A program made the translations under genes and the position numbers. From Phycisphaeraceae bacterium (GTDB lineage: Bacteria; Planctomycetota; Phycisphaerae; Phycisphaerales; Phycisphaeraceae), in contig OY771506.1 in the NCBI GenBank assembly GCA_963674705.1, positions 1,568,001-1,632,000 on the forward strand: 64,000 nucleotides of DNA. The letters are read 5' to 3'. Numbering within the stretch: position 1 is the first letter of the stretch; each line of letters begins with the position of its first letter. The notes beneath the pieces are model-generated. The model did not search any database. It worked only from the letters and a program-made list of their open reading frames with translations, and had not been told where the DNA came from. Below are positions 28,349 through 40,300 of this stretch, piece by piece.

Positions 28349-28636
28349 GTGTTGTTTGTCACTCTCGAAGGCGACCTCAACGGCGACGGCTTTGTTGGGC
28401 TCGACGATTTGGATATCGTCCTCGCCGCATGGAATCAGAGTGTTCCTCCTGCTAACAGTGCGGCCGATCCTTCAGGCGACGGCTTCGTAGGATTGGATGA
28501 TCTGGATATCGTGCTCAACCACTGGAACGAAGGCACACCGCCAACAAGTAATGTCAATATCCCCGAACCCGCTTCATTGATCTGTTTAACGACCTTGTCG
28601 GCGGTATTGTTACGACATACCAGGCAATCCGCTTAA
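26324..28636 (+). CDS. Secreted GH13 alpha-amylase with two X25-like domains, dockerin-like domain and PEP-CTERM
   Basis: MYEVNLR, DWVANH, GYRADAA, LAEG, TTNHDE; IPEPASLICL. True start may be ATG 26402. Confidence 0.9.
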   Translation: MTAFSTLINVFVHKRFSRREGYLRTLMAAGSQRLGSTLGALLVCALSLVCANPAPAVPAVEDIVMYEVNLRAFSDAGNLAGVTARLDDIQSLGANVIWLMPIHPIGQINSAGGLGSPYSVANYTQVSSEYGTLSDLTTLVDQAHQRGMYVVMDWVANHTAWDNPWIANTDWYTQNAQGEIISPAGTGWNDVADLNYDNTDMRAAMVSAMQYWVTEVGIDGYRADAADFVPYDFWQDAIASVRVSTTRDLLMLAEGARSDHYAAGFDMTYGWDFYGTVQNVFNSSASATALYQRYVNEFSSVPTGSGILQFTTNHDESAWDATPVELFGSLEASLAAYAVTVAYGGTPLVYNGQEIGWEDNIPFFTKAPLDWDTGQTTEQWYTQLLNARADHAALRQGDISDQSTSNVAFLVREYEGDQVLVMVNTRNSSQQVQVPVSLQGSWSDLLANQAATLSATRTLAPYEVVILGKTVVPAFVVAGELQTEQGDPADWDPVNSSLIMVEAGGIHSVTVNNLVNGVAYDFKVVNDQGSPPAEWGDPEITPNQLTVIGDADGSITITVDTNSINNIGEYATWINFDNAPLQVVGDFMIEAGGAADWDPYDDAFNMTDQGDGYYTFDAVISTPGIYQFKATFGNGWDDQVGIDGFNNDAITKGFEITEADQSITLYVDLASRELGVLFVTLEGDLNGDGFVGLDDLDIVLAAWNQSVPPANSAADPSGDGFVGLDDLDIVLNHWNEGTPPTSNVNIPEPASLICLTTLSAVLLRHTRQSA

Positions 28637-28771
28637 ATATCACTTCTATTTAGTTCTTGCGAAAAACATCTGCGTAACAGACAATCTGTTGCGTTGCATA
28701 TATCGACCGCTTGCAGGGCAGGGAGCGGCGCACATCTATCATTCACTTGGTGGCTATTGGGAAGCGTCGGC

Positions 28772-30517
28772 ATGTCAGAACCGTTGGATGAGAAAACCTT
28801 ACTTGAACAAACCGAGGCGAAGCCTTTCATGGCGCGCATCCCGGTTTATCTGCGCTTGTCCGGGCCGGGCTTTCTTCAATCGGCGTGCACGATAGGTGGA
28901 GCGACGCTCGGCGCATCATTATTCCTTGGCGTGATGGTTGGCTATCAGGGTTTGTGGATACAACCCGTCGCAATGCTGCTCGGGTTGACGATGTTGACTG
29001 TGATTGTTTACATCACGCTGTCGACAGGTGAAAGGCCCTTCCGCGCGATCAATCGCCACATCAATCCGGTGCTTGGTTGGGGCTGGCTGATCGCGACGAT
29101 CGCCGCCAACATGATCTGGGGCTTACCGCAATATAACCTGGCCGCTGGGGCGCTGACACAAAACGTTTTGCCCGAACTGCTCGGGCCCGGCAAACCATTG
29201 GGCGGCGAAAGCGGTACACTCGGTATGGGTATCGCCTCGGGCCTTATGGCGGCGATGGCGGTGGCCGTCATTTGGTTCTACAAGGGACGAAGCGCCGGCG
29301 TTAAATTGTTTGAAGGTCTGATTAAACTCATCGTTGCGATGATCGTTCTGTGTTTTGTCATCATGGTCATCAAACTCGTGACAACCGGCGGTCTGCCCGT
29401 TGGCGAAGCCCTGGCGGGTTTCGTGCCTGATCCCAAACTTCTTTTCCAGCCTGCCGATGTTTACATGCCCGTGCTCGAACGTTGCGGTGAATCCGCCGGC
29501 TTCTGGCAGCATCGAATCGTTAACACCCAACGCGACATCATCTACGCATCCATCGCCTCGGCTGTCGGTGTGAACATGACGTTCCTGCTGCCCTACTCGA
29601 TCCTCGCACGCGGATGGGGAAAGGCCCACCGTACACTTGCCGGCTTCGACCTTTTTATGGGTTTGCTCCTGCCCTTCGCGTTCGTTACGTCCTGCCTGGT
29701 CATCGTCTCCGGCGCAGTTTTTCACGGCCATTACGACGAGCAGCACATCAATTACAGCTTTGTTCAACAAGGTATGGATGCAGCCAATCCGCAGTACCGC
29801 GCCAACCTGATCGCTGTGACTGAATCAACCATGGGCCGAGATGGATGGGCACAACTCGATGCGAACGGCAAAGCCGAATCGCTTGATGCAACACCACGTG
29901 CCGATCGCGAGATGGCGTCCATGCTGATCCGCCGGAGTGACAAAGACCTTTCAGCAACCCTCACCCAACTCTTCGGCACATCCATCGGGCGCATCATCTT
30001 TGGTATCGGCGTCTTCTTCGTCGCCCTTTCCACCGCAACTGTCTTGATGCTTATTAACGGATATGCGGTATGCGAGGCCCTCAACCGCGAACACACGGGC
30101 CTTACATGGCGCATCGGCTCGTTGCTACCGGTGGTTAGCGTGATCGGCCCATTCTTCTGGGGGCATATGGCGGCGTACCTTGTCGTACCAACGAGCATCA
30201 TCGGCCTGATGATGTTGCCCGTCGCGTTCTGGTCGTTCTTCCTGATGCTCAACAGCCGGTCGGTGTTGCGCGACGCCTGTCCGCGTGGGATCAAGGGGCT
30301 GTTGATCAACATTATCGTCGGCGCGATCACCATGCTGTTTACGGTCCTCAGCGTCTGGGCGATGTGGGGCAAAGCTGAGACTAAAGGCACCCCCGGGCGT
30401 GTCGGTTTAATACTAACACTATGTCTTTTACTAATTGCGGTGCTCGTTACGCATATCACCACTCACGCCCGGAGAAGCGGCGCAGACCGTGATCGCACAG
30501 CGGATACCGGCAGTTGA
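28772..30517 (+). CDS. Nramp/APC-superfamily membrane transporter (non-canonical)
   Basis: About 11-12 TM segments, LSGPGFLQSACTIGG start, AVGVNMTFLLPY; canonical Nramp DPGN absent. Confidence 0.65.
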   Translation: MSEPLDEKTLLEQTEAKPFMARIPVYLRLSGPGFLQSACTIGGATLGASLFLGVMVGYQGLWIQPVAMLLGLTMLTVIVYITLSTGERPFRAINRHINPVLGWGWLIATIAANMIWGLPQYNLAAGALTQNVLPELLGPGKPLGGESGTLGMGIASGLMAAMAVAVIWFYKGRSAGVKLFEGLIKLIVAMIVLCFVIMVIKLVTTGGLPVGEALAGFVPDPKLLFQPADVYMPVLERCGESAGFWQHRIVNTQRDIIYASIASAVGVNMTFLLPYSILARGWGKAHRTLAGFDLFMGLLLPFAFVTSCLVIVSGAVFHGHYDEQHINYSFVQQGMDAANPQYRANLIAVTESTMGRDGWAQLDANGKAESLDATPRADREMASMLIRRSDKDLSATLTQLFGTSIGRIIFGIGVFFVALSTATVLMLINGYAVCEALNREHTGLTWRIGSLLPVVSVIGPFFWGHMAAYLVVPTSIIGLMMLPVAFWSFFLMLNSRSVLRDACPRGIKGLLINIIVGAITMLFTVLSVWAMWGKAETKGTPGRVGLILTLCLLLIAVLVTHITTHARRSGADRDRTADTGS

Positions 30518-30543
30518 CTATCCGCCGATCGTGGTACTATCAC

Positions 30544-31224
30544 TTACTGGTTTTCTTCCGTGGGAGCCGGTGGATTTGCTGCAGCCATGTCTTTGGTCAA
30601 GACGTCGATCTCATCCAGGATGGCGGTGATCTTCTCTTTGAGCTTGCTGCCTGATTCGTTGATCTGCTTGATAGTCGGGGCCGATGCCTTGACGCCGGAG
30701 GCGGACAGGTCATGTAGCAGATAGGCTTCAAGGTCATCGAGGTCTGCGACAAACGGCTGATAAGCCTCTTTTGCATCCGCAGCCGCTTCGTAGATTTTGT
30801 CAAAGTGGTCTTTCACGATTTCGGATTGCTGAGACGCAGCCTTGCGCAGCTGGGCGTTCTGCAGGGTTGCCAATTCCCTCTCCCAATTCTGGATGTGGAT
30901 GGCAGCATTGGTCCGCAGGTCTGCTATCCGTTTCGATGCTTCAATCGAACCCTCATGTGTCTGCCGTACTTCCTTCTGATAGGTCTTTAATGCCTTGTTC
31001 AGATCGGCTTCCGGCGCCTGCAGACCGTTGGCGGCCGCGATGGTTTGATCGACTTGCAGGTTGGCGGATTCCAGGTTGGACTTGAGATGCGAGATCGATT
31101 TAACCGCGCCGGATCGCTGCTCTGTTGATGTGATTGAACTGCAGGCCGTCAATCCTAACAGCATACACAGCAGCAATCCTGAAACATGCTCAAACCGATG
31201 GCGCAAAGACGATGCATATGACAT
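30544..31224 (-). CDS. Coiled-coil lipoprotein (DUF2959-like)
   Basis: Lipobox LTAC, helical heptad-rich body; start at ATG 31224 after AAGGA. Confidence 0.65.
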   Translation of the reverse strand: MSYASSLRHRFEHVSGLLLCMLLGLTACSSITSTEQRSGAVKSISHLKSNLESANLQVDQTIAAANGLQAPEADLNKALKTYQKEVRQTHEGSIEASKRIADLRTNAAIHIQNWERELATLQNAQLRKAASQQSEIVKDHFDKIYEAAADAKEAYQPFVADLDDLEAYLLHDLSASGVKASAPTIKQINESGSKLKEKITAILDEIDVLTKDMAAANPPAPTEENQ

Positions 31225-31311
31225 ACTACATCCTTTCAAAATGATGTTGAATATCTGGTAGTTTGTAACTGATAGCCAACAGCCTACATGTATTGGCACA
31301 ACCGGAACCGG

Positions 31312-31560
31312 CTACATGCCTGATTTACGGGCCGTATCAAATTCTTTCTTTTTGATCTTGCTGACTTCCGAGTTCTGGATGGTGACTTTATTACCCGTTA
31401 CAGCATCCTTGAATTCTATCGATCCGCTGCGCTTTTTGATGTCCTTGGTGTAATACACTTTTCCCGTGCCCGGGTCTGAGACTTTGTAGTAGCTGGAGCA
31501 ACCGAGGGTCATCGTCGCGCAGACGGCTAACGTGGCTAGTAGTGTGATTCTGTGTTTCAT
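31312..31560 (-). CDS. Small lipoprotein, hypothetical
   Basis: Lipobox TLGC, basic beta-rich body, AAGGA RBS. Confidence 0.75.
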   Translation of the reverse strand: MKHRITLLATLAVCATMTLGCSSYYKVSDPGTGKVYYTKDIKKRSGSIEFKDAVTGNKVTIQNSEVSKIKKKEFDTARKSGM

Positions 31561-31592
31561 GTGTATTTATCCTTTGACCTGACGATCGTGTT

Positions 31593-32570
31593 TCATTCCG
31601 GGAATATCTTCGACCAGTCTTTTGCCATGCTGATGATGATCCAGCCGCGTGCGTCGGCTTCATCCAGGCCGCGATCCAGCTTGCCTATGTGCGAATCGCG
31701 GTCGTAGGCGAATTCCCGATCAGCATCATCGTGGTGGACGAGAATGCCAAGGCGGGGTCCATCACCCGTGGTGGTGTATTCAAGCATCTGGAAGTCGCCA
31801 TCGGAGTTGCCCACCGCGATGATCGGGCGTCTGCCGATGTGTTGGTAGATCCCGACGGGTTTGCCTTCCTTGTCATCGACGAACAAACCCTTGGGTTGCT
31901 TGACGATCACCGGCACGCCGTTGCGGACTTCATAGATCGCTTCGATACTGCTGCCGACGACATGCTCGGGAGGTATGCCGTAGGCCTGCTCCGCGAATAC
32001 ACGCAGAAAATCGATCCCGCCGCCCGAGACGATAAACGTTTTGAATCCGTTGGCACGCAGGTAGTCAAGCAGTTCCAATTGCGGCTGATATAAACAGTCC
32101 GCGTACAGCCTGTCTAGTGTGGGGTGTTTGGCGGTGGCCAACCAATCCGCGACAGCCGCCCTGAATTCTTCCGCGGTCATGTTGGTGTGTGTTGCTGCAA
32201 TAATCTTAGCCAGTCCCTCCTTGCCCGAAGCCATCACCGCTTCCATGTCGCCGGCCAAAACGCTCTTGAACGGTTCTGTCGTCTTCCATTCGGGGTGATC
32301 CTCGGCCATCGCTTTGATGCGGTCCAAGGCGAAGATGAGTTGGAAGTAAGCGGGCTGTTCCGCCCAAAGACACCCGTCATTATCGAAAGTCGCGATCCGC
32401 TCGGTTGGCGGGATATAGTCGGGTGAACCCTCTGTCGTTACCTTTTTGACGAAAGACACAATCGCCTGCTTTGTCGGCGTATCGTTCCATGACGCCAGAG
32501 GATCATTTGATTGTGCCAACACTGTCGAGGCGGTCAGCCACAGGCTGAACAGGATCACCGGTATACGCAT
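31593..32570 (-). CDS. Secreted HAD-family hydrolase (nonspecific acid phosphatase-like)
   Basis: Signal peptide, PLASWND, ATFDNDGCLW (DxD), FIVSGG, GKP, GNSDGD; ATG 32570 after AAGGAG. Confidence 0.88.
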   Translation of the reverse strand: MRIPVILFSLWLTASTVLAQSNDPLASWNDTPTKQAIVSFVKKVTTEGSPDYIPPTERIATFDNDGCLWAEQPAYFQLIFALDRIKAMAEDHPEWKTTEPFKSVLAGDMEAVMASGKEGLAKIIAATHTNMTAEEFRAAVADWLATAKHPTLDRLYADCLYQPQLELLDYLRANGFKTFIVSGGGIDFLRVFAEQAYGIPPEHVVGSSIEAIYEVRNGVPVIVKQPKGLFVDDKEGKPVGIYQHIGRRPIIAVGNSDGDFQMLEYTTTGDGPRLGILVHHDDADREFAYDRDSHIGKLDRGLDEADARGWIIISMAKDWSKIFPE

Positions 32571-32645
32571 CGTTGTACTCCTTGGTAGACAAAGGTAAAA
32601 GCGTCTACCGGTCAATTAAGACAGGTAGACGAAGAGTGTGGGTGG

Positions 32646-34250
<1,605 letters not shown>

Positions 34251-34393
34251 AACTTTGATTTCCTCTTAATAAAGATAGATGAACAGTGGATACCTTGATG
34301 TCTCAACTTTAATTGGTTTAACGTCGTTGGTTTTGCCCCTTACTCAAAGGGCTTTGTCCTCATGGAGCTTCCATAGTCATTGTGAGTTTCTTA

Positions 34394-35245
34394 TTACTTT
34401 GGGAACAGCAGGGTTAATTGCACGCGCACACCCCATTCGGGACCGTTGTCCGGTGCTTCGATGTAGTACCTCGGTCCGGCCATCAGACTCATCTGCTGAC
34501 CGCCGAGGTTGAAGACTTTCGAGCTGTTGGCGAACACCGGGATCGTCCACTCTTCGGTCTCCCAGTTGTAGGTCGCCTCCATATTGCCGCCCACGCTCCA
34601 GCCTCCGCCGACGGCATACGATACAAACGGTTGCAAGAATGTTGAGTTTATCTGGGGGCGGTCGATGAAGAATGTGTCGTAATTGTCTGTTTCACCGATC
34701 GACCAGATATGATTGGCGAGGATGCCGTAGGTCCACTGTCCGTCCGCGACGAGAACCACGCCAGTCGGACCGATGCCCCACTGTTCGGCGCTGAAAATAT
34801 CTACGCTTGCGGTGGGCAGGTAGAAAACCGGTCCGACACCCCATGTGATTTTGCTGTCGGTCCGCGGGCTGAAGAAGAAGCTCTGGACAACATCGCCCAA
34901 TCCATATTTGTCTTTGAACGTTAAAGCTGAGGCTTGGTTGTTCTGATAGATGATTGGCACGATCGTTCGGCTGATCAGCATCCAGTCTTCATTCAATTCG
35001 ATCGGGATGACCGGCTGAACATTGAGCGTGTATCGTACGCCTTCGTTACGCGGCCCGGAACCGAAGTCAAGATTCGATTGCATCGGAATGCTGACAAGAT
35101 TCGCGATCGGATTAGCAAGTTGTTTGGCCAGGTCATCCGCGGTGGGGCCCCCCGCTTGCTCTCCGCTTTGAGCCAGCACCGGCATGATATTGACAGACAC
35201 ACCTAGCAAACAGGCAAAGAACAGGAGGCGTGCTTGTTTAAACAC
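34394..35245 (-). CDS. Putative outer-membrane beta-barrel protein of the LAKQLANP family
   Basis: LAKQLANPIANLVSIP, QPVIP, alternating aromatic beta-strands, C-terminal LLFPK. GTG 35245 likely start (track start 35302). Confidence 0.7.
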   Translation of the reverse strand: MFKQARLLFFACLLGVSVNIMPVLAQSGEQAGGPTADDLAKQLANPIANLVSIPMQSNLDFGSGPRNEGVRYTLNVQPVIPIELNEDWMLISRTIVPIIYQNNQASALTFKDKYGLGDVVQSFFFSPRTDSKITWGVGPVFYLPTASVDIFSAEQWGIGPTGVVLVADGQWTYGILANHIWSIGETDNYDTFFIDRPQINSTFLQPFVSYAVGGGWSVGGNMEATYNWETEEWTIPVFANSSKVFNLGGQQMSLMAGPRYYIEAPDNGPEWGVRVQLTLLFPK

Positions 35246-35877
35246 TTCAATACCCCTTAGGTAATAACGTATTAATACACACTGAATCCGCGTGGTATTC
35301 ACGCGATATGTTTTTCATCATATTCATATGATGTGTTAAGCCCTCTGATCGTCCGGGTGCATGACTATGCCCATGGTCAGCATATGAGCCCGGTTGTGTC
35401 TATTTTTGTGTTACCACGTCCCTGATACACATACTCTACACGAGAGCATCGCCGTCTGTTGCTACAAATCAAAGATCCCACCACATCAGAACATATTGTG
35501 GGGACGTATTAAAGGTAAAGAAAATGAGGTCGATCCATCGGAAGTTGTATGAATCGCGTCCTGCAACCAGCTTGAAATCTACCAGACTGATGCAGGAGGG
35601 TCAACTATTTTAGTGTGTGACAATTGTTTACTAATGTAATTCAACACAGGATTTAAATAAAGATTGAAAAGTCTGTATAGGTTTGGGTTATAATTCCCAA
35701 CTTAGACCGTTAATGATCTATCAACCTGTCCGGTAGGTGAGTTACGTCGTATTCGTTAACAGTTGCTTAACAGGTATGGATCATTGAAGTAATAGCGATA
35801 TCTATGGCCGTATTCTATCCTTTACACAAATACGTTAGCTCGCGAAACACCAACCGATTCTGATTAAGAGACTTCTC

Positions 35878-36660
35878 ATGATTCGACACACGATTTACTT
35901 ATTTGCGATCTTTAATTTCGTTCTAAGTTCAGCTCAGGCTCAATCGACAACAGAAATTGAACCGCGGGCCAAGGAAGTGCTCAAGAGTGCTTGCGATCTG
36001 TTGAAGGATAGTCAGAAGATCCAATATTCCGGAGAGATCACGCGAGAGCTGCTGCTTGATGACGGCCAGAAAGTGACGCTGTCATCTCAACGCTGGATCG
36101 CGATGCAGCGGCCTGACAAGCTCAAACTCTACGGCAAGGGGGATTACAACTTCGTACAGCTCTACTACAACAATAACCGTATCCTGCTTCAGGACCTGAT
36201 GTCCAAGAAGTATGCCTTCCTCGATGCTCGCGAAACCATCGATGAAACCTTCGACATGCTCGCCCAGGAATACGCAGTCGTTATGCCGATGGCGGACCTG
36301 CTGGTCAGCGATCCGTATCAGTCGCTTATGGCAAGCGCCAAGCAAGGCACTTATATCGGTCTGCATCCCGTCCGTGGTATTCAGTGCCATCACCTGGCGT
36401 TCCGTGCTGGCGTGATGGACTGGCAGATCTGGATTGACGCCGGTGAAAAACCGCTGATCCGAAAGTTCACGATCACGAGCGTAACCCTGCCCGGTGAGCC
36501 GGACTGGTCCGTCGAAATCAATGATTGGGACCTCAATCCCACATTCAACGAAGCGACTTTCAGCCTCACGCCGCCTGAGTATCATGAAGAGATTTCGATG
36601 AAAGAACTGATCGAACAGCTTCGTGCCAACCAAGGTGAACAGGACGCTTCCAACGAATAA
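35878..36660 (+). CDS. DUF2092-like periplasmic protein (LolA-like fold)
   Basis: Signal peptide, QRPDKL, PMADLL, CHHLAFR...DWQIWI...PLIRK. Confidence 0.8.
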   Translation: MIRHTIYLFAIFNFVLSSAQAQSTTEIEPRAKEVLKSACDLLKDSQKIQYSGEITRELLLDDGQKVTLSSQRWIAMQRPDKLKLYGKGDYNFVQLYYNNNRILLQDLMSKKYAFLDARETIDETFDMLAQEYAVVMPMADLLVSDPYQSLMASAKQGTYIGLHPVRGIQCHHLAFRAGVMDWQIWIDAGEKPLIRKFTITSVTLPGEPDWSVEINDWDLNPTFNEATFSLTPPEYHEEISMKELIEQLRANQGEQDASNE

Positions 36661-36693
36661 CAGGAGTGTCGGCACATAACTAAACGCCGGCAG

Positions 36694-37197
36694 ATGAAAA
36701 TGCATCACCGAAAAATCACGCTGTCAGGTCGTTCGCTTAGCCTGCTTTGTCTCGTTCTTGTTTCTAGCTCCGTCCTCCTTGCACAGATCCAGGTGGACAT
36801 GCGCGCCGATGGCCCTGCGGGACAAGCGCCGTCTGTACGATACGGTGAAGTCCAGACACAGGTCCAGACGCGATTGCTCCCATCCGAAGTGCGATACAAC
36901 CGCTCCGCCTCCGGCATGCTGCCTTCCGAATACCGGTATTCGGTACACGGCAGCGGCAGGCTCCCTTCCCAAGGGCCGCCTCCCAATATCGGCCAGCCAA
37001 CGTCACAGCGATTAACCAGCCAAACAACCACGGGTGGTGCGCCAAACTTCCAGGATGTCCAACGGCACTACGATAAAATCGGCGCGAACGCCTCCTATAA
37101 CACCCCGTCGTTGCGGTACAGCCCGAGCACCCGGGTCGATACCTATGTCCAGCCCGACCACAACTTCAAACCCCCGTCAGCCCCCGGAATGCCTTGA
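36694..37197 (+). CDS. Secreted low-complexity hypothetical protein with LPS(E/Q) repeats
   Basis: Signal peptide; LLPSEVRY, MLPSEYRY and RLPSQG at 14-aa spacing. Confidence 0.6.
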   Translation: MKMHHRKITLSGRSLSLLCLVLVSSSVLLAQIQVDMRADGPAGQAPSVRYGEVQTQVQTRLLPSEVRYNRSASGMLPSEYRYSVHGSGRLPSQGPPPNIGQPTSQRLTSQTTTGGAPNFQDVQRHYDKIGANASYNTPSLRYSPSTRVDTYVQPDHNFKPPSAPGMP

Positions 37198-37301
37198 AGC
37201 CTGATTGTTTGGTAGTTCGCAATCTCACAAGTCCTTTGTCGTGCTTACAACCCCCGATCGAGATGTGGCCTGCCCGGTGTTGTCACTGCCAGGACACGAT
37301 A

Positions 37302-37338
37302 TTAATCCATTGATTGCAATGGATTAAATGTTTTTTTT
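37302..37338 (+). terminator. Perfect 11-bp inverted repeat followed by a T run (terminator or operator)
   Basis: TTAATCCATTG-ATTG-CAATGGATTAA, then ATG and a T run. Confidence 0.45.
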
Positions 37339-37392
37339 CATTTTCGGGTTCTTGTGGTATACTGATAATAACAACAGGCAAAATGCGCAGCT

Positions 37393-40300
37393 TTGAAATT
37401 GCGGAGGCAGACGGGGCTTAGGCCCTGTTTGCCGGGCTGTGTGTCTATTCTTATCAGTCGGAGTTGTCGCGTGACAAGGTCCAGGTCGTGGCGGGATTCA
37501 CTCATCTGTCGGTCTGCTCGTCGTTGCTCAAGTAGCGCGGACGCGGTATCGACGAGTGATCACTTTACAGGTCTCGAAGTCCTCGAACCGCGCTGGCTGC
37601 TCAGCGCCACACACCTGTACACCTTCAACGATGGCCTGGGCACCGACTCGATCGGCCGCATCAACCTCGACCTGGTCAACGGCGTCAACGTCTCCGCGGG
37701 CAAAGCCATACTCAACAACACCGGCATCACCAGCGGCGACACCGACAACATCCAATACCTCGATCTGCCCGCCGCCGCGATCCCCGGCACTGGCCCACTC
37801 ACGCTCGAAGTCTGGTTCTCTTCCAACGACACCACCAACTGGACGCGCATACTAGACTTCGGCGATCAATCCGGCGTCTACGGCAATTCCTACCTCTTCT
37901 ACACACCCCAGTCCTCCTACAGCGACGCCCGCCTCGTGCTCCGTCCCGATGCCGGCACTGAAGTCGTCGCCTCGTCCGGCACGACAAACGATGGCCAGCA
38001 GCACATGCTCGCCGCCGTCGTTGATCCTTCCGCCGACACGATGCTCGTTTATATCGACGGCAACGAAGTCGCGACCACAGCACTCAATGGCACCGGTATA
38101 GAGGACATCAACCAGGTCTACGCCTACTTCGGCAGATCGCTTTACGATCAGGATGCCGGCTTCACCGGCGCGTTCGATCAGATCACCATCTACGACGAAG
38201 CACGCACCGCTTCAGCGATCGCAACAACCTACGCAGACGGCCCTACACCCGCGCCGGACGCGTATCCTGAGAATCCCACCCAATACGCCAGGCAAGTCGA
38301 AAACCTTGACCGAGGTTTGGTCGCGTTGCGTACTTCCTCTACGCAGGTCTACATGAGCTGGCGTTTGCTCGGTCTCGACCCAAGTGATATCGCGTTCAAC
38401 GTCTACCGAAGCACAAGCGGATCTATCGCTGTTAAACTCAACAGTTCGCCGATCAACCAGACCACCGACTTCATCGATAGCAATGCAAACCAGAGCCAGA
38501 CGCATACCTACCTCATCCGACCTGTCATCGATGGCGTGGAGGGTGATCCGAGCAAGTCTTTCATCGTCGAAGCCAACGGCGGGACGAGGCCTTACCTCAG
38601 CGTGCCGATCGAGCCACCGCCCAGCGGCGTGACCGATGACGGCGAAGCCTATGACTATGTCGCCAACGATTCCAGCGTCGGCGACCTGGACGGTGACGGG
38701 GATTACGAGATCATCGTCAAGTGGCAGCCAACCAACGAGAAGCACGCCGGCGTCAACGGCCAGACCGGCAACACCATCTTCGATGCCTACACGCTCGAAG
38801 GTGTAAGACTTTGGCGCATCGACCTGGGCATCAACATCCGTTCCGGCCCGCAATACAACCCCTTCCTCGTCTACGACTTCAATGGCGACGGTCTCGCCGA
38901 ACTGGTGACCCGTACAGCCCCCGGCACAGTCGACGGGCTGGGCAATGATGTCATCATCAACGGCGACGATCCCGACGCCGACTGGCGCAATGAATGGGGG
39001 CACATCAACGACGGTCCCGAATACCTCACGGTCTTTGATGGTCTGACTGGCGAAAATCTCGCGACCGTGAACCTCGAACCCGCGCGCGGCGAACTCTACT
39101 CATGGGGTGATACCTACGGCAACCGTGCCAACCAGTTTCTCATGGCGGCTGCTTACCTGGATGGGCAGCGGCCAAGCATCGTCGTCGCCCGTGACTACAA
39201 CATGCCGCAAACGGGATTGCCCGGCCGTGACGAGTTGGCTGCTTTCAACTGGCGCGATGGTGAGCTTACGCTCGAATGGCACTTCAAAGCAGGTATCGAC
39301 TGGTACAACAACGAAAACTCCGAGTACGTCGGCCAAGGCAACCACCAGCTCAGCGTCGCTGACGTCGACGGCGACGGGTACGACGAAATCATCCGCGGTG
39401 CTTCGATCATCGATCAAGACGGCACAGGCTACCTCTCCACCGGTGCGGGCCACGGTGACGCCATGCACGTCGGCGACCTCGACCCCACCAATCCCGGCAT
39501 CGAAGTCTTCAGTGTGCATCAGCATCCGTCCGCGTATTCAAACGTCCAGGGGGTGAACGTCGGCGGATTCTTGTACGACGCGGCCGACGGCTCTGTCATT
39601 GTCGGTATCGACGGCCATGACGCCGACGTCGGGCGAGGCGTCGCCATGGACATCGATCCCAACTACGCCGGCGCCGAGATGTGGACCAGCGCTGATGACG
39701 GCATCTGGAACGTAGACGGCACACGCATCTACGGCAAGCCCTCCAACATGTTCCAGAACTTCGGCGTCTGGTGGGATGGCGACCTGCTGCGCGAATTGAT
39801 GGATCGCACGTACATCAGCAAGTGGCACTACGAATGGAGCACGCCCGGCAGGCAGAACATCGTGCAGGCCTGGGAATACGGCGCATCAACAAACAACGGC
39901 ACAAAAGAAACGCCCTGCCTCTCCGGCGATATCCTCGGCGACTGGCGCGAAGAAGTTATCTGGCGCAACGTCGACAGCACTGAACTTCAGATCTGGACCA
40001 CTACCATCCCCGCCCAGAGCCGCCTGTTCACGCTGATGCACGACACGCAGTACCGCGAAGCGATCGCCTGGCAAAACAACATCTACAACCAGCCCCCCAC
40101 CACCAGCTTCTTCCTCGGCGCAGGTATGGAAACGCCTGGCCAGCCGATGGTCTACTACGTTGGTGAAATCGAAGGCGGTCTCACCGGTGACCTCGACTAC
40201 GACGGCTTCGTCGGCCTCTCCGATCTCGACCTCATCCTCAACAACTGGAACCTCACCGTCCGCGACAACCACCCCGCCGACACCAACGGCGACAACTTCA

